Notes: generated by a model from the sequence alone, not told the origin. Positions 12,878 to 26,608 are shown, numbered from the stretch's first letter. The stretch is 37,584 nt of DNA from Octopus bimaculoides (GCF_001194135.2 NC_068992.1:5517313-5554896), one strand, 5' to 3'. Made by a program: numbers and translations.

Positions 12878-12936
<59 letters not shown>

Positions 12937-12957
12937 ATACTACTACTACTACTACTG
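12860..12957. repeat. (ATT)n/(ACT)n microsatellite
   Basis: Direct inspection. Confidence 0.95.
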
Positions 12958-13389
12958 AGGCAAAAATAACAACATGAAGAAAAGACCTACTTTTACCAAT
13001 AATGTTTATGACGATGATTTTTCGAGTAGGATTTTCATGATGTTGATGATGTTATTACTACCTGTGCTATTAATAGTAATGTTAAAAATAATAATTCTAA
13101 GAAAATACAAAAAAATCGGAGACGAAACTAATTCTATCCAGATAAACATATACAATGACTTTTCAATCCTTTCTAATGTATCTTCAATTATGTTCAAGTT
13201 ATTTTAAATGTATGGTATTGTATACTATGTACGGTGAGGAAGAGAGTTGGGACTTCATTTAAAAGTAGTTAGTTGCTGTTGCGAGCAAGGAAACCGTGAC
13301 TATAAACCATTTGCGTTCATTGTTTAGTCAATATATAATAAGATCAATAATACAATAGTAGGTAGAGCAGTGTTTTGTCTAATGCTGCT

Positions 13390-13781
13390 GTTTGTTAAGA
13401 AGCTTGCTTCTCAATCACATGGTTTCGGCATCAGTCCCATGTGTGGCACAATGTAGTGGTGCCTTCTGAATCTTCGGCCGACCAAAGCCTTGAGTGCATC
13501 TGGTCGACGGAAGCTGAAAGAAGTCCATCTTATATATACATGCGTGTGTGTGTGTGTGTGTGTGTGTCTTTGTGTCTGTATTCGTCCCTGCACCGCTTGA
13601 CAACCGGCGTTGGTGTTTTACGTCCACATAATTGAGCGGCTCGGCAAAGTGACCGAGAGAATAGTGCTAGGCTTTAAAGAAATGTCCTGGAGTCAGTGCC
13701 TTTCTTCGACTAAAACACTTCAAAGTGGTGCTCCAGCAAGGCCACAGTCAAATGACTGGAACAAATAAGAGAATAAAAGAA
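13390..13781 (+). mobile_element. tRNA-derived SINE family 1, near full-length copy
   Basis: Has a degenerate tRNA-like head, GGCCGACCAAAGCCTTG...GACGGAAGCTGAAAGAAG, a central (TG)n, CGCTTGACAACCG, and the tail GTGCTCCAGCAAGGCCACAGTCAAATGACTGGAACAAATAAGAG. It is mutually similar to the other in-window copies. Confidence 0.8.
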
Positions 13782-14053
13782 TATATATATACACACATAT
13801 ATATATATACCTACATATCTATATGTATATACATATATATATATTATGTGTTTATACATATATATATATATTATATATATATNNNNNNNNNNNNNNNNNN
13901 NNNNNNNNNNNNNNNNNNNNNNNNNNNNNNNNNNNNNNNNNNNNNNNNNNNNNNNNNNNNNNNNNNNNNNNNNNNNNNNNNNNNNNNNNNNNNNNNNNNN
14001 NNNNNNNNNNNNNNNNNNNNNNNNNNNATGTGTGTGTATATATATATGTATGC

Positions 14054-14139
<86 letters not shown>

Positions 14140-14150
14140 ATGTATGTATT
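13782..14150. repeat. (TA)n/(TG)n/(TATG)n mosaic with N-gap 13883-14027
   Basis: Direct inspection. Confidence 0.93.
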
Positions 14151-14226
14151 TGCAGATGTATCTACTGGAAAACATACATCCATAAAATATGTTATATTGA
14201 GGTGATTATTTTAAAGTCGAAATATA

Positions 14227-14293
14227 ATGTACCGGGCGTTCTTAATATATTTATGTACATCTATCCAAGTGGTTATTGCCGTGTCCTTAGAAG
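14227..14293 (+). CDS. Candidate first coding exon encoding a signal-peptide-like sequence
   Basis: ATAATG start, MYRAFLIYLCTSIQVVIAVSLE, then a phase-1 donor GAAG|GTATGT. No convincing next exon found. Confidence 0.25.
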
Positions 14294-17200
14294 GTATGTT
14301 TCAAGCTACGAGCATCGAGGTTTTATTCCACCCTTTTGCTAGTTGCACGAGTACTTTTGCTATACAGGCTGATTGAGCAATACGTAGTCAAGAAAATCCA
14401 TTTGGCAAAAATTGAGAAAATAGCCAATCCATACACACGTACAAATTGAACTCCATACGCACGCTCACACACCCACATATACTCTCACGCACGCACACAG
14501 ATGTATACTTATGTAATCTATATCTAAGTAAAACATGTCATGCACAATTGTACAACATAGACATGTATAAATATTTCTGTAAGTTATGACACTTGTTTGT
14601 ATCCAACATTTATTTTCCCATAGAGAGAAAAAAATATATCGCTATTATATTCATGTACTCACACCATTTTTATTCCTTGTGCAATGCATAAAACAGTCTT
14701 GTGTAGCTAAGTATCTGCTGTGTATTTCTCTCTTTTGTTTCACATAGACCTAAATTGTAATAGAACAGAATAGTACTAAACATTCATAATTTGTGCATAT
14801 TTCCTCGTCATGATGCGCTGCAAATATCATTATTGCAAGAAAAACTTTTCATAGGCCATAGCTTTCTTAGTAATATCTTTTCTCTACCAAACAATTTATA
14901 ACAATGTGACAAAATATACGAATATTTATTTTATTGGTGATATTTAAAAGGAACCCCTAAGGTTGCAATGACATTTATCTACGTATATCCCATTAAATAT
15001 ATCGTTGTCGACTGTATAGACATTTAGATACCAAGAGACAAATAACTGATATTTCAACCTTGCAATGATAATAATAAGAGTGAAGTTATCTCTGAACCGT
15101 TAATTTATTTTATTTTTCCATTTCCCTAGGATCATAGTTCACATGAGTTGAGTTAACGTAAAGTATACTTTAATAGCTAATTCTCTCAGACAATATACGT
15201 AGAATAAATTGTATTGCTGAACCAGCAGTAAAAAGCACTGAATATTTTATTAACTAAAGAATTTGCCACTATATTTATTCGTCATATTTATGTTCCATCC
15301 ACCAGTTGTTAAAACGTACTATTTCTGCCCGGAAAATGCAGAATACAATTATTGGGTTTATTTCGACATACAACAGAAAGATAAATATAATATATTTTAT
15401 TGATTTAGGATAATATTATTATCAATATATATCGCTAGACAACGAAGGAACTTGTCAGTGGTTCCGCGACCGGGTAGAAACAGCAGTCATATATTCATCA
15501 GAGCCGTCTTGAAGTAAAAACATATACTGAATAGTATTGGCCTAGCTTGTAATACAATATTGATCTTCAGAAACGTAATGAACATGTACAACTCTATGCT
15601 GGATAAGCCTTTTCCTGAAACTAAACATACAAGAGCAGCAATAAATTCATATTGATCGTTTAGAAACTCTTTTATAACATATTATTCATTCTATATATTA
15701 TTTTATTATCTACACAATCGATTAGATACTTAGCTCAGTAGAAAATATTCATTTATGTTGCATTAAATACTAAGCTTAAATGTGTTTTAATTTAAAGTAG
15801 CTAAACCTAAAAGAGGTTAATTACATATCCAAATATTAATGCATGTAACTATTAGCCCGAAGGTTGTTCTGGTGATAGTGGTCAGCCGAAAGCCTATGAC
15901 TTCTTTGTGCCTGAATTAATATACATAATAAAAGCGTTGAAGATTAAGGGTTGATGTGGTGCAAAAAGGATTCACTTGTCAGCTTTTATCATTGCCTGAT
16001 CATTACACATTTACTGACACATCGGTAAAGCAGATACATCAATCTTCTTTATGTGGAATAAAGGCGAGTCTTACTGATTGAATCTTTATGTGTAGAACTG
16101 GTGTATTTTTATTAACATTCCAAATTTATTCTCTATAGTGGAAAAACTATTTCATGTTAGGCTGTGTTTCTTTGTCTAAATGATATGTTCAACCTTTAGA
16201 GATTATACTCTTACTATTTCGCAAAATACATTTGGTTCTTTCATTCCGACAAGGTTAAATGAATCGTAATATATAAAGGCAGTACAGCAACTCAAATGTC
16301 TTTGTGTATGTGATACAATATCAGGAACTCGAGTACTTAGTGGTACTCGTAGATACTGCATGTTATTATGCTCCCTCTTCTGTAAATTCTAGGCTCTTTT
16401 AGAACCGAACTACAAACTTCAGTGTCGAAACGGTTTGTAAATACAAGATGCAACAGAATGAATGTTGACCTGGAGTAGATGAAATAATAAGGCAAATATT
16501 ACAATTAAAATACAGGGAACTTACCATTTTGTGCCTATATATTGTTTTAAGTCTGTAATTCCTTATATTCAGGACAGGAGAGTAATGAACATCAAAAATG
16601 ACTTAATGCATATTGGAAAAGTAGAGGATACAAAAATATTTCCAACGAATAAGATGAGGGAAAAATTCATTCACGATAGCATATTTAATATTCATCGGCA
16701 AATGCGAAACAATATGAACCCAATGTTATAAGGATATTTATTTTCCAGTTCAATACTAAAGTATTGTTTGCAATGCTAATAATGGAATTCCCGGATTATC
16801 GCTTTGGCACAATGCCTATTAATGAGTCGTTTTAGAGATGAGGGCAGATTTCTCTCAGAGAGTTGTATTTTTTTATTCATCTGCCAGAGTATCAGTTTAG
16901 CGCGTAATATTTCAACGGAGTTACAATTATTAGAGTTATTTATTGATTTTTATATAATTTTACTTTGAACATCCAGTGCAAACAGTTCGCTCATAATTCA
17001 TTCATCAATAATCTAATTAATAACTAAAACGCATAAACATTTTTATACTTTATATAATTAGAAGAATTTAATTAACTTGGGGGATGTATTCATGTGAGAA
17101 ACTCAAAAATCTGCCTTTCTTCTTGTTAAATGAATTGAACGGAGGTAAAATATCTGTGAAAATTTGAAGAATGAAAATAAGGGAAAGGCAAATTTTGGAA

Positions 17201-19549
17201 GCGTTTCTCAAAAGATCTAAGGAAATTAAACTTTGTCAGCAAGATAATTTATTAACCGCTGTAATTTGTATTTGGATCATGAAACATTATATAATATTTG
17301 AATTTTAGAACTTATTCATTTTATTGTTTTTACCTATATACTTGTTTTTGTTTTTTACATTTTAGTTGGTATCATTAATGGTAAGATTATTAATTAATAA
17401 ATTCAGTTGTTCATAAAATTTAGAGGATTTCTACTTTACACAGTATGTTAATTTGTCCGCAGTTTAGATAACTATGTATGCATTTAATTATATTTTTCTG
17501 AAGCATCGTGTTTGCAGAAACCGCATTGTTAAAGTTCTAGTTGTTTTTAATCGCTCAACAAAGAAGCTGCTGAATTTGCTAAGTACATATATAATGTGGT
17601 GTGATTGTAATGAACTTCAAATCACTTTCCGACCATCACTAGAAGGATAGTCCTCCCCTAACCTAATATTATACCCAAACTTCCTATACTGCCACAGTAA
17701 AACTTGCGTTATATTAATGAATATATTAAAAATATTACGGCAAATTTGTCGTGCGTAATATTCTAGCTTTTCTAATAAAAGCTAATAGCTACATTTCCAA
17801 TCATGCCAGTTGATTATTTTCCCAAGAAAAGGCATGGAAGAGATTGATTCTCTTCAGAAAGCCATCCGGGTAAAACGTTGCATGTTTGGAGGTTCATGTA
17901 ATTTTGTTGTATCAGATTTAGCTTTGGACTTTTCTACTTAGACTTTATTGAGAAGAATATTTGTTATCCCAATTGCTATCTCATACTGTTTTCATCAAGA
18001 GTCATCAGCTATACCCTCAGCTCCGTTCTTCACATATTATACATACCAGTGCCTATTACTGCTTAAGAAATTAGATTTGTATCTCAACAACGGCCGATAA
18101 AAAATAGGTACAGCCATCATGTTGCATTACAATAGGTATTTAAATGTATGGTAATAATATAATTATCTATAGATAATTATAATTGTAATAATATAATTAT
18201 CTATTGATAATTATAGTTATTGGCCGCGTTCCAGACATCTGTTTCCACAATAAAACGTTACAAGTATTTAAATCTAGAGTGAAAATGTTTATAAAATATC
18301 TCGGGAATGCGTTTTAATTTTAGTTGTTTTTCATTCACGTCATATTCTCACTTAACATCAATTCGTAGAGCAAAACTGCAGGTGGTGTTGATTTTGAAAT
18401 TCGTAATATTTTATATCGTTTAACATAACATCTCATATATAATCAGAAACTCAATAAAATCTATCTTGAACAGTTGAACACTATCAGATGCAGCGAAATG
18501 TGTCGCATGTTAGAGAATTAGAGAAGAATTAAGAGAACGCGGGAAGAAGTTGCACTTAGACACCCACAGGTTTAGGACAGAAACACAAGTACTTTATTAC
18601 ACTACTTCATGCGATACACATCTGTTTTGTAAATAATTACTGATTTCCTCGGTGGGTCATTCTGATCAAATAAATCAGATGCCGTTAAGAAGAGGATTCC
18701 GTAAAAATAATTGGTCTCTACGATTACATTCTACGATGTATCGACTCTTTCAAGCTACTACCTTGAGATAGTTTGATCACTCAAGAATTTACATAAGTGC
18801 TAATTCATTCCACCTTCAATTACATAAAACCTACGTTTCCAGTTATGTAACTAAATGACAATCCTTACATCTACGTCTGTAAATATATGTAACTCAGAGT
18901 TAGTAATTTACATTTTGAATGATTACGTACGGGATGATTCTGCGACTCGCCTAGTTGCGGTGAAGGGAAACGTAAAGTAACCTTCTCTCTTCTTAGTTTG
19001 CTAATTTTTTGAAACAGTATTGGAAAAAAATCTATGAAATCATACTTCATCAACTGCTAAAAATGATGATATATACACACAGTAATAATTATATACGCAA
19101 ATATCCATTAAGGAAGCACACGTTTAAATAAAGAAAAAAATTTCATCGGAAAATGGAGAACAGGTCTAAATATGCACGCATAACCAACTTTGATCTCGTT
19201 TGTACATATTTCTCCCCACTAATCTAGTTTTTTTATTTTTTTTTATTTTTGTGTACATATATCGCCCCCCCCCCACTACCGAAAGCTGAACAAATATCCC
19301 CCCTGCTCACAATAATAACGACAACCATTTACCTCCCATTAGATTTTGCTACTTGTTGAATCATTCACTCAAATTTCACATACACATGGAGCAAAAACAA
19401 AAAACATATTCTTAAGAAAATACGTATTTAAATAAATTTTAATGTCATGAATAGCGAAAGCGAAGCAAGTCGACAAACACAATACAAGTTATCTTAAAAA
19501 TTATATTAAAACTACGTGAAGTGTGTGTATTTTCCTTGTTTAATTTCTC

Positions 19550-19585
<36 letters not shown>

Positions 19586-19586
<1 letters not shown>

Positions 19587-19616
19587 CTCTTTTACTCTTT
19601 TACTTGTTTCAGTCAT
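19586..19616 (-). mobile_element. SINE family 1, extreme 3' tip only
   Basis: The reverse complement ATGACTGAAACAAGTAAAAGAGTAAAAGAG is identical over 30 nt to 32346-32375. Confidence 0.7.
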
Positions 19617-19630
19617 AAATATATATATAG

Positions 19631-20629
19631 CGTATATACGCATATACTCATTTACTATTTGTTTTTACATGACCGAACGCAGCGTCACCAATCTGTACGT
19701 AGTTTTCGCAACTTTATATTTTCCGATGCTACTCTATCTCTTTCTCTTTCTCTTCCTCTTCAATTTTTCCCCCTCTCGTTCTTCCTCTGTTTACTACTAC
19801 GTATCTCTCTTTACCCCTCTCGTTCTTCCTCTGTTACTACTACGTATCTCCTTTTCCCCCCTCGTACTTCCTCTCTTCTCTCTTCTTCTTTTCCTCTCGT
19901 TGCTCACCTATTCTTCTACTTCCTCCCTTTNNNNNNNNNNNNNNNNNNNNNNNNNNNNNNNNNNNNNNNNNNNNNNNNNNNNNNNNNNNNNNNNNNNNNN
20001 NNNNNNNNNNNNNNNNNNNNNNNNNNNNNNNNNNNNNNNNNNNNNNNNNNNNNNNNNNNNNNNNNNNNNNNNNNNNNNNNNNNNNNNNNNNNNNNNNNNN
20101 NNNNNNNNNNNNNNNNNNNNNNNNNNNNNNNNNNNNNNNNNNNNNNNNNNNNNNNNNNNNNNNNNNNNNNNNNNNNNNNNNNNNNNNNNNNNNNNNNNNN
20201 NNNNNNNNNNNNNNNNNNNNNNNNNNNNNNNNNNNNNNNNNNNNNNNNNNNNNNNNNNNNNNNNNNNNNNNNNNNNNNNNNNNNNNNNNNNNNNNNNNNN
20301 NNNNNNNNNCTTTTCTGTTTGTTTTCCTGTCTTGTTTTTTGTCCGCCACTACATTCCTCCATGGCAAGGTTTAATTTGTGTGTACAAATTTAATTTGCGG
20401 TCCATGGGAAGAGCCGTTTTAGCGATGCGTCCTGCCCAGCTCTTCGAAACGCCGGTGTTAAAACGGGGGTAGCTGATGAAGAAGAATGTTCTCTATGTGG
20501 CTTGTGTGTTTTCTCGTCTACATTTTGTTTGCAATGTCCTGTACCCAGATATGCACCTATACATACAGGTGGATGTTGGTATGCACATGCCTGTACGTAT
20601 ATACGCATATACTCATTTACTATTTGTTT
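19631..20629 (+). mobile_element. Putative non-autonomous element bounded by exact 34-bp direct repeats
   Basis: CGTATATACGCATATACTCATTTACTATTTGTTT occurs at both 19631-19664 and 20596-20629. The interior holds a pyrimidine-rich minisatellite, an N-gap and a structured segment at 20408-20479. No ORF. Confidence 0.5.
19771..19880 (+). repeat. Pyrimidine-rich minisatellite, ~43-44 bp unit, ~2.3 copies
   Basis: CCCTCTCGTTCTTCCTCTGTT(T)ACTACTACGTATCTC starts at 19771 and 19815, with a partial third copy at ~19858. Confidence 0.85.
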
Positions 20630-21099
20630 ATATATATATATACATAACTACATGAATGTGTGGGTGTGTAAGGAGATATTTTCTCTCATAACACACCCAC
20701 ACATAATACGAGAATTAAAAACGTTTAGCTTATAGAGGAAACGTAGGAAGGTGAACACGATATGAACATATATAGTAAACTGCTTAGTAATACAAATGAA
20801 TTAAGAGGAGGTAGATATTTTGCAGAGATGAAGATGTAAAAATGAAACTGTTATAGATACTGCTATGCAATATGAATGAGACACAATAATAGGACAGCTA
20901 TAATGAAAATCTAAATTTTATATATGAGTTGATAGCAAGAAATGTCAGAAGTTAGTAATGTAAAACAAAATATATTACAATCACCCAACTGTAACTAATA
21001 GACTTCAGTAGACGACCCAGATGACTGCTCAGCGTTTGTGGTTACTAATTTCAGAGTGGAAATCATCGAAATGTCCTTATATTTCTGATTATGTACGTA

Positions 21100-21560
<461 letters not shown>

Positions 21561-24304
21561 TGTGTGCGTGTTTGTGTTTGTTTCAGTGTGGTCTATATTT
21601 GTAGATTTCTAGAGATACAGACACAGTTTGTTTTAGGCATAGGCCTACAAGTGAAACATACAAACTGAGAGGTACTTGCCTAAAAGAACATACACACATA
21701 AGTTTGTGTGTGTTTGTGTGTTTGTGTGTTTGTGTGTGCGTGCGTGAATGCGTGTGTATGCGTATATTTATAGCATATGATTAATGAAATTTCAATCGAA
21801 GTTGAACTGAAACCAACCGAAAGAAGTTAAACATGCTTACATTAGAGGAAACTTCACTTGTTCTGTAGTCTTATATGCACATTATTTTTGTTCTTTAATT
21901 GGTCTTTCTTACAAAATTGTTTAATGCGAAATGAAAAATATCAGAAGTGTCGACGATAGAAAGTCAGAGAGAGAAATTATCTTTGACGTTGAATTGAAAT
22001 ACCCATACACTGCTTGAAAAATGTGTATTTAAACAATCTACGGCTTGGTGGTGCTTTGCAGACAATGGTATAGATGTTTTCGATCTAGTTTGGATTCTTT
22101 GCCATCATTTGCTATAAGAGCATTACTATACATCACGCTGGCCTTCTTCAAGAGTGATAATGAAGCCTTTGATGGTAGAAACTAATATATTAGTTATTGT
22201 TTCTTTTACATAGAGATGAAACGAAACAGAACATGTTTCTTGCTTATTATGTCCGATTATGTGAACAGGAACTAGCGCTGTAGTCGAAAAAATTCTACTT
22301 AATATATCTTACACTCTGGGAAACGAGATTTACCAATTTGTCAAACTTAAATTAATTTCTCTAGTTTCAGATTCTATTTTTATGGACACATTCGGTTAAT
22401 TAAATCTACATTTGCGAAAGTCCGTTGCACAAATTCTTTCCAGAAACACCTTGTACATTATCTTTGCTTTGTGAAAATGTATCTTATATGGGGCCAGAGT
22501 GTCAGAGAGCCTGATATCATATACTTTGCTTCTGTTTAATATATTTTGCTTCGGCTTTCTAAGTATAATGGTTTGCATTTTAATCCTTCCCATCTCTGCA
22601 ATAGAATAATTTGCAATCAGTTCATGCTGGCCTTTGCGATCGATTTTATCTTTCATAAGTGTGTCCCAGTACGGTTACAGTCTAGTGACAATCATAAAAT
22701 ATGAAAAATATTGAAAATAAAAAGATAACAAAGAATACAAACGTATATTCAGAAATAACTATTGCTGTTATTGGGTGGGATCTGTTCAACCGAGATAAAG
22801 CAAATATATCAACTAAACTTCTTTGGAATATAATGATGCGAGTCATAGTGATGATGCCAAACTTGGCACTACGCTGATGGTAGTGATCATAAAGAATGCA
22901 CCCTATGGAAGTGTTTCAAGATTGTGTACATTATCGTTTTGTTTTTATCTACTCTTAGATAAGTGTTTATCTTACGTTGGTTTAACTGACAAGGGTAAAA
23001 AAAAACCGTCTAATTCTGTTTGCTTGTGCACTTGTGCAGTCACCACATAAGTGCTACAAGAGCAACACTAAGCTGTTAAATTAATAGTCTTTATGAAATT
23101 TTCCATCTCTAATACTAATATCTCAAATGTTTTCTCAGAATTACTTTGTAAGAAGTTAGCGTGAATTTCGAAAATGATTCGCTGCTTATTAGGCTGGTCA
23201 GGCGGAGTCACAGAATCCATCTCGCAGGTATGTAATGTGCTGACTCACAATAAAGTGGCACATAGGTACTACAGAATGTGAAATTTTGTCATATGTTACT
23301 CTGAAATCTAGAAATATTCAAACATATTCAATTAAGCAGTGATAGGTTTATTGTTTGCATGTGAAACAAATCACCTAATATCCTATTTAATAAAACATTC
23401 GGAGCTAAATTATCTAGCGTATGCCACTGGTTACAACCACTGTCAGCTAACATATACGCAGCCCAATAGACACTAATTTGATAGTTCCTCGTGTAAAACA
23501 AATGAATATGGGTAAATGAAAAGGGAAAATTTAACTAATAACCCGGTGTTGTTCCCAAGCCAAATCGACCATAAACGAATGGCCTAGGCCTACAAGCTTT
23601 CATACTTACATAAACATACGCATAAACATATGTGTACACAAGTGCTTATCTTTATAAATACGCATGCCTTCCTCCTCTCTCACACACACACACACACATG
23701 TAACTACTTACGTATATAGGAAATATATACACACACCGTTAATTATAATCCGAAGCATCTTGTTTATAAGGAAACATCAAACAAGTGTTTTGCCTACAAG
23801 GAGAGTGAACCAATTGTTATCAGTTTCTCAATTCCAATGTTGGTTATATTTCTTTCAATTCAATTTTTAATTTGATTTTTTCTTGATATATTTTATCAAA
23901 TATTATATGCTTTTTTTTCAATCTATATTGAGCTATTTCATTTAATTGAAGCAAGCAGCACAGAGTTATTAAACGATAAGAGAAGTGATGAAAAAAGCTG
24001 ATAGCAATTTCAAAAGATAGTGTGAAAACTTCTTCAAATAAGAATGATGACATATCTCTGGCGAGTAAATTGACAGGGAGGTTTAACTATCAATTTAAGT
24101 AATTATTTATTCCTACAGAATGAGGTGTTCTTATTTCGAAATTTGAAACTACGTTTCATATTTTCCTCCCCTGAAGTAAAATCCTAGCATACTGGCTATT
24201 CAAAGAAACGAATATTGAATATTTATTTTCCTTTTACAAATATTTTCGCTACCGTATAATTTTCCATTAACAATTAGATGTGATACATATTCAAAATATT
24301 TAAT

Positions 24305-24388
24305 TATGCACACACACACACGCGCACACGCGCGCGCTCAACAGTACATATGTATACATATATGCGTGCATATCTATCTGTCTACATA

Positions 24389-24424
<36 letters not shown>

Positions 24425-24785
24425 TATATATANNNNNNNNNNNNNNNNNNNNNNNNNNNNNNNNNNNNNNNNNNNNNNNNNNNNNNNNNNNNNNNNNNNN
24501 NNNNNNNNNNNNNNNNNNNNNNNNNNNNNNNNNNNNNNNNNNNNNNNNNNNNNNNNNNNNNNNNNNNNNNNNNNNNNNNNNNNNNNNNNNNNNNNNNNNN
24601 NNNNNNNNNNNNNNNNATATATATATTGCCTCATACACAGTCTGATATACATACATAGAGAAACAAAAACACCCATAAACACTCACACACACACGCACAC
24701 ACATATATATATATTCATATATAAATATATGTATACATGTATGTATACAGAGAGAGAGTGATAGGTAGATACATACATACATATC
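24305..24785. repeat. (CA)n/(TACA)n/(TA)n mosaic with N-gap 24433-24616
   Basis: Direct inspection. Confidence 0.9.
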
Positions 24786-26582
24786 AACAGCATTTTATAG
24801 AAAAATCATGAGCATGTCTCCATACACTATGGGCAAATGAAGAAACCAGCCATGTAAAAACAACAACACCTATCAATTGTTTGCCTTTACTAAAATTGGC
24901 AATTTTTCGATAGTTCGTGCGATGTATAATTGTAGTAAAAATCTTTGTCATTTGAATGAATGTATTGCTCAGACAATTGACATGTAGATATTTCCTTGTC
25001 TTGATCTTGTTTAATTTCAGTTTTGATACTAATTTGTCTAATAATTGGCATGACATTGCCCTCCAAAGACACACATATACACATAAACACATCTAGACAC
25101 ACTACATACACACAATCACACACACTGACTCAAATATACACTGTTTTTGCTTTACTATTCCTATGCTTCTAGCATTCTCTATTCTTAATGTAGTCCATTG
25201 TTCCCATAAAATATACATACTTTAAGAGGTACGCAATTAGTGATTTGTCTTCAGCCATCGGTCTACTTAGTCAAACCCATTTGGATTATTTAGCAAATAA
25301 TTTTGAAATATAAGTAACTGAAACCTTAACTATAACTCTGGGGAAACATTTATTGAAATTCACGCTAGAGGTCACGAAAATTGTCTTCTTGAAGTGGTTC
25401 ATCAAGATTTTAAGAAAGCAAAATTTCCTCTCAAAATATTTATACTGAATATTGCAATATTCCACGTAATGTGCCTTGCAACAAAACGCTACGATTTCAC
25501 GGCTGGAATAACATATAGCATTTTGCCTTCTCCATTAATTCCGATAAATTATATAACAACAGTATGTAATTTTATATCTGTACAATTAGTGATAAAAAGA
25601 TTTGTCCTTTTACCAACTTGCCGCTTCTATAACACCGATTTCTATCGCTCAGTTAGATATATTCCTTGTTCGATACAATATTTTTGCAGTACTTTCCTAT
25701 CGATCGGTCAAAGTCATATCTTTGAATGTAAGTGGTATTTAGAGATTTTACCCACAAATAAATTGCTTTATGTATTGTATCGGTTTTACCTTTTTGTTCA
25801 CTGTTTGTCTGGGGTTTCGAGATAGTTCCTACATATATCAACAAATTCCGAAGAAAGGAGATGACATATATGAAATTATCTGAAAAGTGTATATTTCGTC
25901 ATACATTTGCTATGGAATCTGATCCCATATAGCAAAGCAATATTAGCAAACACCTAAATATTACTGCACTGTAGATCTCACTGGTAAAAGATTTAATGAT
26001 TTTACTAATAGGAATCATTCGTAATACAGTGATACGAGATATGTGTTACTTCTAACAAGCCTAGAGCGAGCAATCAACAACAATTCCTTGAACTTTATTA
26101 GTTGCCTTAACTGAGACATTCTCTCCCAGGGGATACACTGGTTGCATAATATGACACACATTTCATGTAAGGTATTTTAGAAAACTATGTGGAATGATAT
26201 GTTAACATATATATCGACATGAAAGTAGTGTTGTGCATGTTTATTAAAACAAGGAAGGAAGCTGGACAAAACATTAGAGTGAAAATATATTAACATAAGA
26301 ATAAAAATATAGTACGTTATTTAAATACCAAGTCATATATATATATACACACATATATATACATATATACACACATATATATACATATATACACACATAT
26401 ATATACATATACCACTCTTCTGTTGCAAGAATCTGAATTTCCTGTGGAAATGAATTATCGTATCCTTATTATATATGTGTGCGCGTGCGTGTGCGTGTGT
26501 CCACGCGTTTCTGTGTGTGTGTGCGTCTGTATGTACGTTCGTACGCGTGTGGACGAGTGTTTAAGTGTTTTTCTAAGAGATC

Positions 26583-26608
26583 ATATGTGTGTGCGCGTGT
26601 GTGTGTGT

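Noticed and set aside
15440-15560. Possible remnant of another octopus SINE tail
   Set aside because: Resemblance is from memory only and too degenerate, with no second in-window copy.
16330-16561. Minus-strand ATG|GTAAGT donor with an acceptor 55 bp away
   Set aside because: The intron would be very short, the ATG frame stops after 17 codons, and the other frame gives nothing recognisable.
22396-22700. Plus-strand hydrophobic frame vaguely like GPCR TM2-TM3, and the antisense 86-aa ORF
   Set aside because: In-frame stops, no diagnostic motifs, and T-rich DNA yields such peptides by default.
23193-23227. 35-nt GC-richer segment with TTAG| and CAG|GTATGT
   Set aside because: Too short to evaluate and cannot be chained to other candidates into a recognisable protein.
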